From the NCBI GenBank assembly GCA_050014415.1, contig JBEKDJ010000001.1, positions 1 through 59,940 on the forward strand: a stretch of DNA of 59,940 nt, in the 5' to 3' direction. The translations under genes and the position numbers were made by a program. How positions within the stretch are numbered: position 1 is the stretch's first letter; every line of letters begins with the position of its first letter. The notes beneath the pieces were generated by a model. The model had not been told where the DNA came from and made no database searches. It saw nothing but the letters and a program-made list of their open reading frames with translations. This DNA comes from Thermodesulfobacteriota bacterium. Lineage in GTDB: Bacteria > Desulfobacterota > BSN033 > UBA1163. This document shows, one piece after another, positions 9,218 to 20,865 of the stretch.

Positions 9218-9988
9218 ATGGCTTACTGGCAAAAAGAGATTCGGAGCTTGATGGGGAAAGCGATCCATCAATATGGGCTCATCCAGGATGGAGACCGGAT
9301 CTTGGTAGGGGTCTCTGGAGGAAAGGATAGCCTCACACTCTTTCGCCTCCTTCAAGAGCGGAGAAATCGAGTCCCCACCCATTATGAGTTGATCCCAGTT
9401 CACATCGACTTGGGTTTTGACGCGAAACGATCTGAGATCCTCAAAGACTTTTTCGAAGCCCAGGACCTCTTCTATCACATCGAGTTCACCGACATCGGAA
9501 GGAAGGCGAATAGCTCAGAGAATCGAGAGAATCCCTGTTTCCTCTGCTCGTGGGAGAGGAGAAAGCGGCTCTTCCATCTGGCCCATCGGTTTAAATGTAA
9601 TAAGATCGCCCTTGGGCATCACAAGGATGACATCATCGAAACCCTTCTCCTCAATATTTTTTATAGTGGTGAGATTAGCACCATGCTTCCCCTTCAAACA
9701 CTATTCAAGGGAAAGATAACCCTCATCCGGCCTCTCGCCCTCCTAGAGGAGAAGAAGGTTGAACGATTTGCCCGGGAGATAGGGTTACCTTTTGGACCGA
9801 GCGGGTGTCCCAGTTCTGGAAGGACAAAACGAAAGGAGGTCAAAGAATTGGTCGAAGCGCTGCAGAAGAAGAACCGTCGGGTGAAAGGGAATATCTTTCG
9901 GTCCTTATCCAATGTGAAATTGGATTATACATTGGCGGCGTGGAGAAAATCTGCTCCCAATATTGGCGATGAAATCGCCCATCCTTGA
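9218..9988 (+). CDS. ttcA: tRNA 2-thiocytidine biosynthesis TtcA-like PP-loop ATPase
   Basis: PP-loop SGGKDS, CFLCSWERR Cys pair, ALGHHKDD, second Cys region GCPSSG. Collinear with E. coli TtcA as I remember it. Confidence 0.75.
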   Translation: MAYWQKEIRSLMGKAIHQYGLIQDGDRILVGVSGGKDSLTLFRLLQERRNRVPTHYELIPVHIDLGFDAKRSEILKDFFEAQDLFYHIEFTDIGRKANSSENRENPCFLCSWERRKRLFHLAHRFKCNKIALGHHKDDIIETLLLNIFYSGEISTMLPLQTLFKGKITLIRPLALLEEKKVERFAREIGLPFGPSGCPSSGRTKRKEVKELVEALQKKNRRVKGNIFRSLSNVKLDYTLAAWRKSAPNIGDEIAHP

Positions 9989-10122
9989 GAGGACTTTGTT
10001 GTCTCCGTTGTCTTTTCAAACCAAAACCCAGGTCAAGATTCCATTCTTCATCTCAGCATTTGAATTTTAGATGTAGGTGATGAATAGAAGAGGAATGAGA
10101 GTTGGTAAACTGACATGAAGGG

Positions 10123-10920
10123 TTAAATCCTAATCTTCATAAGATCTTCTCCTAGGATTATCTCACCCTCATAAATTTGCTTACACTGTTCTCGGATATC
10201 AAATTGGTCACAGACTGGATAGAGATGTATGAGCAGCAGCCTCTTGCAGTGGGATTCCAATGCAATTCTTCCGGCGAGGGAAGGGGTGAGATGCCCTTCA
10301 ACTTTTTTCTCGTCGGGAAACGAACACTCCAGGATGAGGAGATCTGTCTCATAGGCCAGTTCGACAATATTCCTGCAATAATCTGTATCTCCCGATATCG
10401 CAATCGACTTACCATCTTTGAATTCGATGCGATACCCAACACTTCCAGGGAGATGAGCCACCCCCTTGGAAGAGATCTGCAAATCCCAGAGGGACAATGG
10501 CTTATCAGAAACTTCGTCGACCGTGAGATGGTAAGAATACGCATCCATCCAGGAACCGTAGACCTTCTTGAGCTGATCAAAATGGTGCTTAAATCCAGGT
10601 CCTCCAAAACATAATAGGTCTTTCTTGCGGGGAAAGTCCACATACTTGCAGGCGAAGAGAATCGGGATGAGGTCAGAGACATGGTCCGGATGGATGTGCG
10701 TATAAAGGAGAAGGTCCACATCTTGATATGTTATTCCAATCTCAAGCATCTTCCTCAATGTTCCCGACCCGCTATCAATCAGCACGATTGAGGCATCCGA
10801 GAAAACAAGAAGGCCCGGAGATCCCCTTCGCAAAGAAGGGATCCCTGTTCCCGAGCCCAGGATGATCAATTCAGGCAATTCGCAACTCCCTCCCTTCACT
10901 CCTCGATGTTCTGTTGACAT
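10123..10920 (-). CDS. MBL-fold metallo-hydrolase (RNase Z/BN-like)
   Basis: HIHPDH metal motif, N-terminal LILGSGTGIPS, C-terminal His. The start is uncertain; in-frame GTG 10899 and TTG 10881 are alternatives. Confidence 0.75.
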   Translation of the reverse strand: MSTEHRGVKGGSCELPELIILGSGTGIPSLRRGSPGLLVFSDASIVLIDSGSGTLRKMLEIGITYQDVDLLLYTHIHPDHVSDLIPILFACKYVDFPRKKDLLCFGGPGFKHHFDQLKKVYGSWMDAYSYHLTVDEVSDKPLSLWDLQISSKGVAHLPGSVGYRIEFKDGKSIAISGDTDYCRNIVELAYETDLLILECSFPDEKKVEGHLTPSLAGRIALESHCKRLLLIHLYPVCDQFDIREQCKQIYEGEIILGEDLMKIRI

Positions 10921-10949
10921 TATACCGCCTATCTCATAATTTAGGAAGA

Positions 10950-12020
10950 ATGGAATCTCGGGAGGGGGGCACGGTCGAAATTGATGGATCCTACGGAGAG
11001 GGAGGTGGGCAGATTTTAAGAACAGCGCTTGCCCTTTCTGCCATTCTAGGGAAAGGTTTCACCATCCACCACATCCGGTCAAACCGCAAGAACCCCGGTC
11101 TTCAAGCCCAACATCTCGAGGCCGCAGAGGCATTGGCTCGAATTACAGACGCTCACACGGAAGGAATTAAGTTTGGATCGCAAAGAATTTCGTTCTTTCC
11201 GCACAAGATTCTTCCGGGAGATTATCAATTGGAGGTGAGGACGGCGGGTTCTGTCACGCTCCTCCTACAGGCGGTTTTCCTCCCTCTTTGTCTCTCCCAT
11301 GGAGCCTCCAAGTTGACATTGACAGGAGGTACTCATGTCCCATGGAGCCCGCCTTTTCATTATTTCTCTGAAGTTTTGTTGCCCACTCTTAAACGCATGG
11401 GGATTTCTGCTGATGCTACCATTGAAGAGTGGGGTTGGTATCCGAGAGGAGGAGGGAAGATTCAAGTGAGAATCAATCCCGTTCGTGAATTGGAGCCGAT
11501 TTCTTTGCTTGAACGAGGTCCTCTGAAGAAGATTCGCGGACTTTCTGTTGTCTCCAAGCTTCCAAAACACATCGCAGATAGACAAAAGGAACATGCCTTG
11601 AAAAGGATCCAGAAGGAGCTTAAAATGGACGCCGAAATAAAAACCTTCTATGATGTCCCTTCGAAAGGGCCGGGTTCTTTCGTTTTTCTGGTAATTGAAT
11701 ATGAAAACGTTCTCGCGGGATTTTCGTCGTTAGGTTCAAGAGGGAAATCCGCAGAGAGGGTGGCTGATGATGCCATAGATGGTTTGAAAGACTATTTCGG
11801 GTCTGAGAGTTGTATTGATCCTCACTTGGCGGACCAACTTGTCCCTTTCATGGCTTTGACAAAAGGGAACTCTTCCTTTACCACCGCCCCAATGACAGAG
11901 CATCTTCTCACAAATCTCTGGGTCCTTCAGCACTTTCTGGAGGTAAGAATTCTGAGGTGGGGAGAGAAAGGCAATCGTGGGAGAGTTGAATTTCTCAATG
12001 AATATAAATCCTTGACTTGA
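10950..12020 (+). CDS. rtcA: RNA 3'-terminal phosphate cyclase
   Basis: IDGSYGEGGGQILRTALALSA and the downstream RtcA pattern. I moved the start to ATG 10950 (AGGAAG RBS), because the track TTG at 10914 overlaps the divergent gene. Confidence 0.9.
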   Translation: MESREGGTVEIDGSYGEGGGQILRTALALSAILGKGFTIHHIRSNRKNPGLQAQHLEAAEALARITDAHTEGIKFGSQRISFFPHKILPGDYQLEVRTAGSVTLLLQAVFLPLCLSHGASKLTLTGGTHVPWSPPFHYFSEVLLPTLKRMGISADATIEEWGWYPRGGGKIQVRINPVRELEPISLLERGPLKKIRGLSVVSKLPKHIADRQKEHALKRIQKELKMDAEIKTFYDVPSKGPGSFVFLVIEYENVLAGFSSLGSRGKSAERVADDAIDGLKDYFGSESCIDPHLADQLVPFMALTKGNSSFTTAPMTEHLLTNLWVLQHFLEVRILRWGEKGNRGRVEFLNEYKSLT

Positions 12021-12059
12021 TTTACCCAGCATATTAGAATATCTAGAAAGGAGAATTAG

Positions 12060-15267
<3,208 letters not shown>

Positions 15268-15269
15268 AA

Positions 15270-15500
15270 GGGAGTTTCCTTGAGTCCGCGGCGGCAAGGC
15301 CCCAGCGTGAGCCCTGGGCCTGGGACTCCGGCGAGCTCAGTCGAGCCGCTGGGATCGAAGGCTCAGTCGAATGCCCACCTTTGCCGGGGTAGGAAAATGT
15401 CACTTCCTTCGGCGCGCTCAGGATACTCAGTCCTTCGCAGGGCAGGGTCAACCCTGAGCGAGCTCCGGCCCTTCGGCCGGGGAGTCGAAGGGTTGAAATG
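15270..15500. repeat. GC-rich hairpin-rich intergenic element
   Basis: CAGGG-TCAA-CCCTG (15443-15456), CCGGCC-CTTC-GGCCGG (15465-15480), GCTC-AGTC-GAGC and an imperfect GGCCCAG/CTGGGCC hairpin. Only low-complexity ORFs on both strands. Same style as 8311-8450. Confidence 0.6.
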
Positions 15501-15559
15501 AAGTGTACTTTGCTCATCCGGATTCCAGTGATTTCCAGGGAGTCCAAGAGACCAACGGG

Positions 15560-17488
15560 ATGAAAAAGGGAATTGCGATATTAGTTGTTTTGGTCTTCGC
15601 CCTGCTCTACTACATGGGTTTGCTGACGAAGAGAGAAACCCTTCCCCTTTCGAAAGAATTCTTTTCGATAGAAACCCAATCATCACCGGAAGGGGTGTTG
15701 GATGTTAGAGAAAGGCAGTTGAAAACGCAGAATAAAGAGGGAAGACTCTCCTCCATCAGCACGAGGGATTTGGACCTTCTTTATCAACTGAAATTAGATA
15801 AAGGCATCCGAAATCTTCCGCTCCTCTCCCACTTGCTGATCCGAGAGGCGGAACAGACCCGGAAAGGAAGGGACGCTGATCAGAGCGTCCGGATCGCTGA
15901 TTATTCGGTGAGATTCTCACCTGAACTACCCCAACCCTATTTTGGATTGGCACGAAATCTGTGGCACCAGAGTCCTTTCATGGTCCATCAGGCCTTTTCA
16001 GAGGTGGTTAGAGGGTTCGTTGCACAGTTCCGACATTATCCAAGTTCCCTCAGGCTTGTTTACAATATCCTCTATATTCTTTGCAGTGCCATACTGATGA
16101 CTTTCATTATCTATGGAATCATCGTCTTGGTGAAATACCTGCCGCTTTTTTTCTACCAGATTCGAAGAGATTCTAACAAAGAGATTACAAAGCTTCTCAT
16201 CAACAGCCTCAGGATCCTTTCCCTCCTCATTCCTTTCTTCCTACGTCTGGATATGCTATGGGCAATCCTCTACTGGTCCGTCCTCATATGGGGTTATGTG
16301 ACGAAAAAGCAGCGTCGGTTTATTCTTTCCTTTTTTATCGTCTTAGTTTATGTTCCTTTTCTCCTCCATTCTTTTTCCATTTCCTTGAACGGGCCATCTT
16401 CCGATGTTTTCGTAGAGATGCATCGGGCGAACTATGAGGACTGGAACCGGGCGACCGGCGAGAAATTGCGGGCATGGCTACTCACCCATCCCGATGATCC
16501 AGAGGTTCTTTTCACCCTTGGATCGATGGAAAAAAGAGAAGGCCGCTATGCTCAGGCAGAAGAATTCTATCAAAGGGCGATTCAACAGAATCCCAAATTC
16601 AGTGAAGCTTTTTCAAACCTCGGGAATGTCCATTTGGCCCAGGGCAAAACCGACTCGGCTATCGATGCCTATCAACAAGCAATCCAGCTCTCTCCCAACA
16701 AGGCAGCTTATCACTATAATCTCTACCGGGCCTATGCTCAAGAGACCTACCTTTCCGGTAAAATCGATCAGGCTCTGCAAAAAGCACAACAACTAGACCC
16801 GCGACTTGTTGAGTACTATTCGATGATCGCATCCCCTAATATGAATCGGCTCGTCATCGATGAAGTTCTGCCTTCCTCGAGGTTCTGGGGACGTTTTTTC
16901 GCCGAATTGGTCGGGCGTGAAGGGATCCTGTTCCCTTTGTTTAAGGCTTGGTTCGAGAATATTCCATCAAGGGTGCCCTTTTTGATGCCTGTCTTTTTTC
17001 TGGGTTTCTTAATCGGGATGTCCAGGTACAGCCGGACGAAGCGGTTTTTGACGCGATGCCCCATGTGTGGAAGCCCAACCCACCGGTTCTACTTGGGAAC
17101 CTCGGAGCAAGAGTTCATCTGTTTCAATTGCCATCGAATATTCATTCAAAAGGAGAAGATTCATCCCAAGATTGAAGAAAAGAAATCACTGCAGGTGCGT
17201 CAATTTCAGAAGCAGAACCATTTTATAGGTCGGTTCCTCTCCCTCTTTTTTGTCGGTTTCGGTTACTTATGGGGAGATCACGTAGTCAAGGGACTCATTT
17301 TTCTCTTTTTGTCTTTTGTTTTCATCCTGAAATTTGCCTATTGGAACGGCGTCGTGCCCTCTTCCATCGCCCAAGTGGTAGGGTTCCCATGGGGACCCGT
17401 TTTGTGGGGGATCCTCTTTCTGCTTTTCTATTCCTATTCGCTTCGAAAGGTTCTTGGGTTAAAACCGAGATTCAAAACGGCAGAATGA
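15560..17488 (+). CDS. multi-pass membrane protein with TPR repeats and a zinc-ribbon
   Basis: N-terminal TM, a cluster of TMs, three or four TPR units (AEEFYQRAIQQNPKFSEAFSNLGNVHLAQGK...), CPMCGS..(17)..CFNCHRIF, then C-terminal TMs. Start taken at MKKGIAILVV (15560), not the track TTG at 15503. Confidence 0.7.
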   Translation: MKKGIAILVVLVFALLYYMGLLTKRETLPLSKEFFSIETQSSPEGVLDVRERQLKTQNKEGRLSSISTRDLDLLYQLKLDKGIRNLPLLSHLLIREAEQTRKGRDADQSVRIADYSVRFSPELPQPYFGLARNLWHQSPFMVHQAFSEVVRGFVAQFRHYPSSLRLVYNILYILCSAILMTFIIYGIIVLVKYLPLFFYQIRRDSNKEITKLLINSLRILSLLIPFFLRLDMLWAILYWSVLIWGYVTKKQRRFILSFFIVLVYVPFLLHSFSISLNGPSSDVFVEMHRANYEDWNRATGEKLRAWLLTHPDDPEVLFTLGSMEKREGRYAQAEEFYQRAIQQNPKFSEAFSNLGNVHLAQGKTDSAIDAYQQAIQLSPNKAAYHYNLYRAYAQETYLSGKIDQALQKAQQLDPRLVEYYSMIASPNMNRLVIDEVLPSSRFWGRFFAELVGREGILFPLFKAWFENIPSRVPFLMPVFFLGFLIGMSRYSRTKRFLTRCPMCGSPTHRFYLGTSEQEFICFNCHRIFIQKEKIHPKIEEKKSLQVRQFQKQNHFIGRFLSLFFVGFGYLWGDHVVKGLIFLFLSFVFILKFAYWNGVVPSSIAQVVGFPWGPVLWGILFLLFYSYSLRKVLGLKPRFKTAE

Positions 17489-17509
17489 AAAAGTGAGAGG
17501 TGCCGTCGA

Positions 17510-17700
17510 ATTGATGAAAGTCAAAAATAAACAGGAAAGTATGAAACACCCAATCTTATACCCTGTGCCTCTCCGGTATGGTATAGGGCAAGCATCCATA
17601 ACCCAGTATGGAACAAAATCGCGATGATCAAAATTCTGAGAGACCCTTAGTCTCTTGGTGATTGGGTATTGTTTGGGATTGGGTCATTGGCATTTTACAC
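17510..17700. repeat. possible degenerate copy of the AT-rich repeat family
   Basis: GTCAAAAATAAAC and GAAACACCCAATC on the left; the inverted GATTGGGTATT / GGATTGGGTCATTGGCATTTT on the right. Only loose similarity to copies A-C. Confidence 0.25.
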
Positions 17701-17759
17701 TTGGGGTCGGTGGAAGGCGCTTTCAGTCCAATAGCTAGATTCTCACGAAAGAGAAGACA

Positions 17760-18872
17760 GTGGCTTTGCAGGGAACGTTAAAAGACTTCAGCATTACAGA
17801 GATCATACAACTGATCGGCCAGCAGCTCAAAACGGGGGTTCTCAAGATTCGCCGAGGAAAGAATACCGTTGAGATCTCTTTTGTTGACGGGATGATCGTT
17901 CATGTCTACTCGAACTACCGTGGGAAGAAGGACCTCATCGGTGAGATTTTTGTAAAGGCCCAATTGATTACCGAAGAGCAATTGGAGCGGGTATTGAAGA
18001 TCCAAAAGGAGACCTTTAAATATCTGGGAGAAATACTCGTCGAACTCCAGTTGCTGACCAAAGAAGACGTATTGAAGGTCATTTCGACGCAGATCTACGA
18101 AACGATCTACGATCTTTTTTGGTGGGAGGACGGCGACTTTAACTTTGATCTGAAGTTGGTCGAAAGTTACCAGAAGATTCCATTCGCCCTCAGTACCGAG
18201 CAGGTTTTGTTAAGTATCCTTCGGATGGTGGATGAGTGGTCGGAGATTGAAAAAAAGATCTCTTCGCCCCACCTGGTTTTCAGGAAATCCGCCGGAATTG
18301 ATGAGAAGTCTCTCGCTGCACTGTCCTCTCAAGATTACATGAAGGAGAGACTGACCTCTGAACAGGAAATGATTTATAATATAATCGATGGAACTCGAAC
18401 GGTTCAGGATATTATCGACCGAAGCCTGCTCGGGAAGTTTAATGCAGGCGAGATTCTATCCGACCTCTTAGAAATGGGGCTGATTGAAGTTGTTGGAATC
18501 CATACCCCAAGCCTCGTTAGGAAAGTGAGCAAGATGAACCTCAAGGAGGCCTCGGTCTTTGTCTACTACGGAGCATCTCTGGCGGTAGTCTTTCTGCTCC
18601 TTTTCCACTTCCAGCCAGATGTCTTACGCTATCTTGGGGAATCGAAGATAGAACGAGTCGATATTGAAATTCCGGCTCAGTTCGTCCAGAGAAATCAATT
18701 GGACCGAATCAGGAATGCGTTGGAGCTTTACTACCTGGAAAAGGGGAGATATCCTAACCGTCTCGAAGACCTGGTCTCTGTTAAGCTCATTCGAAAGAGT
18801 GACCTCTTTTATCAAAAAGGGGCCTCCTATCAATATGAGTTGAAAGATGGAAAGTACTATCTGAAACACTGA
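17760..18872 (+). CDS. DUF4388 (PATAN-like) domain protein with TM segment and pseudopilin-like C-terminus
   Basis: GTG start. N-terminal LQGTLKDFSITEIIQLIGQQLKTGVLKI is a typical DUF4388 opening. One TM (ASVFVYYGASLAVVFLLLF). The C-terminus (IRNALELYYLEKGRYPNRLEDLV) resembles GspG-type pseudopilin globular domains. Confidence 0.7.
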   Translation: MALQGTLKDFSITEIIQLIGQQLKTGVLKIRRGKNTVEISFVDGMIVHVYSNYRGKKDLIGEIFVKAQLITEEQLERVLKIQKETFKYLGEILVELQLLTKEDVLKVISTQIYETIYDLFWWEDGDFNFDLKLVESYQKIPFALSTEQVLLSILRMVDEWSEIEKKISSPHLVFRKSAGIDEKSLAALSSQDYMKERLTSEQEMIYNIIDGTRTVQDIIDRSLLGKFNAGEILSDLLEMGLIEVVGIHTPSLVRKVSKMNLKEASVFVYYGASLAVVFLLLFHFQPDVLRYLGESKIERVDIEIPAQFVQRNQLDRIRNALELYYLEKGRYPNRLEDLVSVKLIRKSDLFYQKGASYQYELKDGKYYLKH

Positions 18873-18883
18873 GATGGGCAAGA

Positions 18884-19006
18884 CATTGTCAAATGTCGAA
18901 GCTCAAATGAAATCAAAAGCTTAAATGACAAGAAGAGGAAAAGGGTGAAGTTTTGACATTGAGCCATCGTGGCTTTCATTTGACATTTGGATTTTGATAT
19001 TTGAAC
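18884..19006. repeat. AT-rich palindromic intergenic repeat, copy B
   Basis: TGTCAAATGTCGAAGCTCAAA (18887-18907), TTTTGACATT (18951-18960), ATTTGACATTTG (18978-18989, same 12-mer as 8293-8304), GATTTTGATATTTGAAC tail. Confidence 0.7.
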
Positions 19007-19106
19007 TTTTCTATTATGTTTGGATAGATCTTGCAGCAGGAGTGCTTCCAAACCCCCGGAGGCTTACTTCCCTCCTTATTATTCGTCGAACAGAGAGTGA
19101 AGAGAG

Positions 19107-20669
19107 ATGGTGAAGAGACGGGTTCCGTTTGACAGGATACTCATTCTCGATTTTGGCTCCCAATATACCCAGCTTATTGCCAGACGGGTGAGGGAATGCC
19201 AGATCTATAGCGAAATTCATCCCTACGATACTGATGTGGAGAAAGTGAGATCGTTATCTCCAAAGGGGATGATTTTTTCTGGAGGTCCTGCGAGCGTTTA
19301 TGAGCATCATGCTCCTCACTGTGATCCCGCTCTCCTCAGAATGGGCATTCCTATTCTGGGAATTTGCTACGGGCTGCAGTTGATCAGCCATCTCCTGGGA
19401 GGGGAGGTCATCCGTTCTGAAAAGAGGGAATACGGAAAGGCCAAGCTGACACTGGATAGGGAAGGGGAGCTGTTCAAGCATCTTGGGGAAAAAGGAAGTC
19501 AACTCGTGGTGTGGATGAGCCACGGAGATCAACTCAAGGCCCTGCCCCGCGGGTTTCGTGCCACCGCCCATTCGAAGAACACGCCTTTTGCTGCGATTGA
19601 AGATACCCAGAGAAGGATCTACGGCCTCCAATTCCACCCGGAGGTTGTCCATACGCCGAGGGGTCTCGATCTGATCAGGAATTTTCTTTTTCGTGTTTGC
19701 AAGTGTTCCCATCCTTGGACGATGCGGTCTTTTTTGGACCAAACCAGCCGCGACCTTAGAAAAAGGATTGGATCGAAGAAAGTGATCTGTGCTTTGAGCG
19801 GAGGAGTTGATTCTACTGTCGTTGCACTTCTCCTACACCGTGTGGTGGGAGATGGTTTAAGGTGCATCTTTGTGAATAACGGTGTCTTAAGGAAGAACGA
19901 AGCCTCGCAAGTGGTGAGTTTATTTCGTCATCATTTTAAGATCCCCCTCATCTATGTAGATGCGGAAGACCACTTTCTCAGGGAGTTGAAAGGGGTCACC
20001 GACCCGGAAGATAAGAGGAAGAGGATTGGAAAGGCATTTATTTCCATCTTTGAGAGAGAAGCGAAAAAGATCGGGGCGGTAGAATATCTGGCTCAGGGGA
20101 CTCTCTATCCAGACGTCATCGAAAGCATCTCTTCGAAGGGGCCTTCTGCTACAATCAAGAGCCATCACAACGTGGGGGGACTACCCAAGAAGATGAAATT
20201 GAAGTTGGTGGAGCCCCTTCGGGAATTGTTCAAGGATGAAGTGAGGCAGTTAGGGAAAGTGTTGGGACTACCCGGGGAGATGATCAAACGTCAACCCTTT
20301 CCTGGGCCAGGGCTCGCCATCCGAATCATCGGGGAGGTTAATAGAGAGAGGCTTGAGATTTTGAGAACGGCAGATGAGATTGTCATGGAAGAGATGAAAA
20401 GAGGCCATTTCCTGGATCGGGTCTGGCAGTCCTTTGCCATTCTGCTTCCTGTGAAGACAGTCGGTGTGATGGGGGACGAACGGAGTTATGAAAATGTGAT
20501 TGCCTTAAGGGTGGTCGAGAGCCAGGATGGAATGACGGCGGATTGGGCAAGACTTCCTAATGAAATTTTGGAGAATATCTCGAATCGGATTATTAATGAG
20601 GTGAAAAGGGTCAATCGGGTCGTCTATGACATCAGTTCCAAACCGCCCAGCACAATCGAATGGGAATAG
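19107..20669 (+). CDS. guaA: GMP synthase (glutamine-hydrolysing)
   Basis: 520 aa. GATase domain ([25 protein letters not shown]), PP-loop SGGVDS, C-terminal dimerisation domain ending ...PPSTIEWE. Confidence 0.97.
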   Translation: MVKRRVPFDRILILDFGSQYTQLIARRVRECQIYSEIHPYDTDVEKVRSLSPKGMIFSGGPASVYEHHAPHCDPALLRMGIPILGICYGLQLISHLLGGEVIRSEKREYGKAKLTLDREGELFKHLGEKGSQLVVWMSHGDQLKALPRGFRATAHSKNTPFAAIEDTQRRIYGLQFHPEVVHTPRGLDLIRNFLFRVCKCSHPWTMRSFLDQTSRDLRKRIGSKKVICALSGGVDSTVVALLLHRVVGDGLRCIFVNNGVLRKNEASQVVSLFRHHFKIPLIYVDAEDHFLRELKGVTDPEDKRKRIGKAFISIFEREAKKIGAVEYLAQGTLYPDVIESISSKGPSATIKSHHNVGGLPKKMKLKLVEPLRELFKDEVRQLGKVLGLPGEMIKRQPFPGPGLAIRIIGEVNRERLEILRTADEIVMEEMKRGHFLDRVWQSFAILLPVKTVGVMGDERSYENVIALRVVESQDGMTADWARLPNEILENISNRIINEVKRVNRVVYDISSKPPSTIEWE

Positions 20670-20707
20670 CGATGACACAGAAGTCATGCCAGATGTCTAA
20701 GCCCAGG

Positions 20708-20860
20708 GTTCAAACGAAAACCGAAATCCAAATATCAGACCTGAATATTGAAAATCGCCGGAAGAGATAGTAAGTCAAAGGAATATCTAATGCGGGGTTA
20801 TTTGTCATTGATTTGACATTCGGTCCCGCCTTAGCGGGATTGACATTTAGGATTGAATTC
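20708..20860. repeat. AT-rich palindromic intergenic repeat, copy C (with internal GC hairpin)
   Basis: Contains the 21-mer ATTTGTCATTGATTTGACATT (20800-20820), identical to 8282-8302. It is followed by CCCGC-CTTA-GCGGG and a second TTGACATTT. The left end GTTCAAAC..AAATCCAAATATCA mirrors the copy B tail. Confidence 0.65.
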
Positions 20861-20865
20861 AGCCG

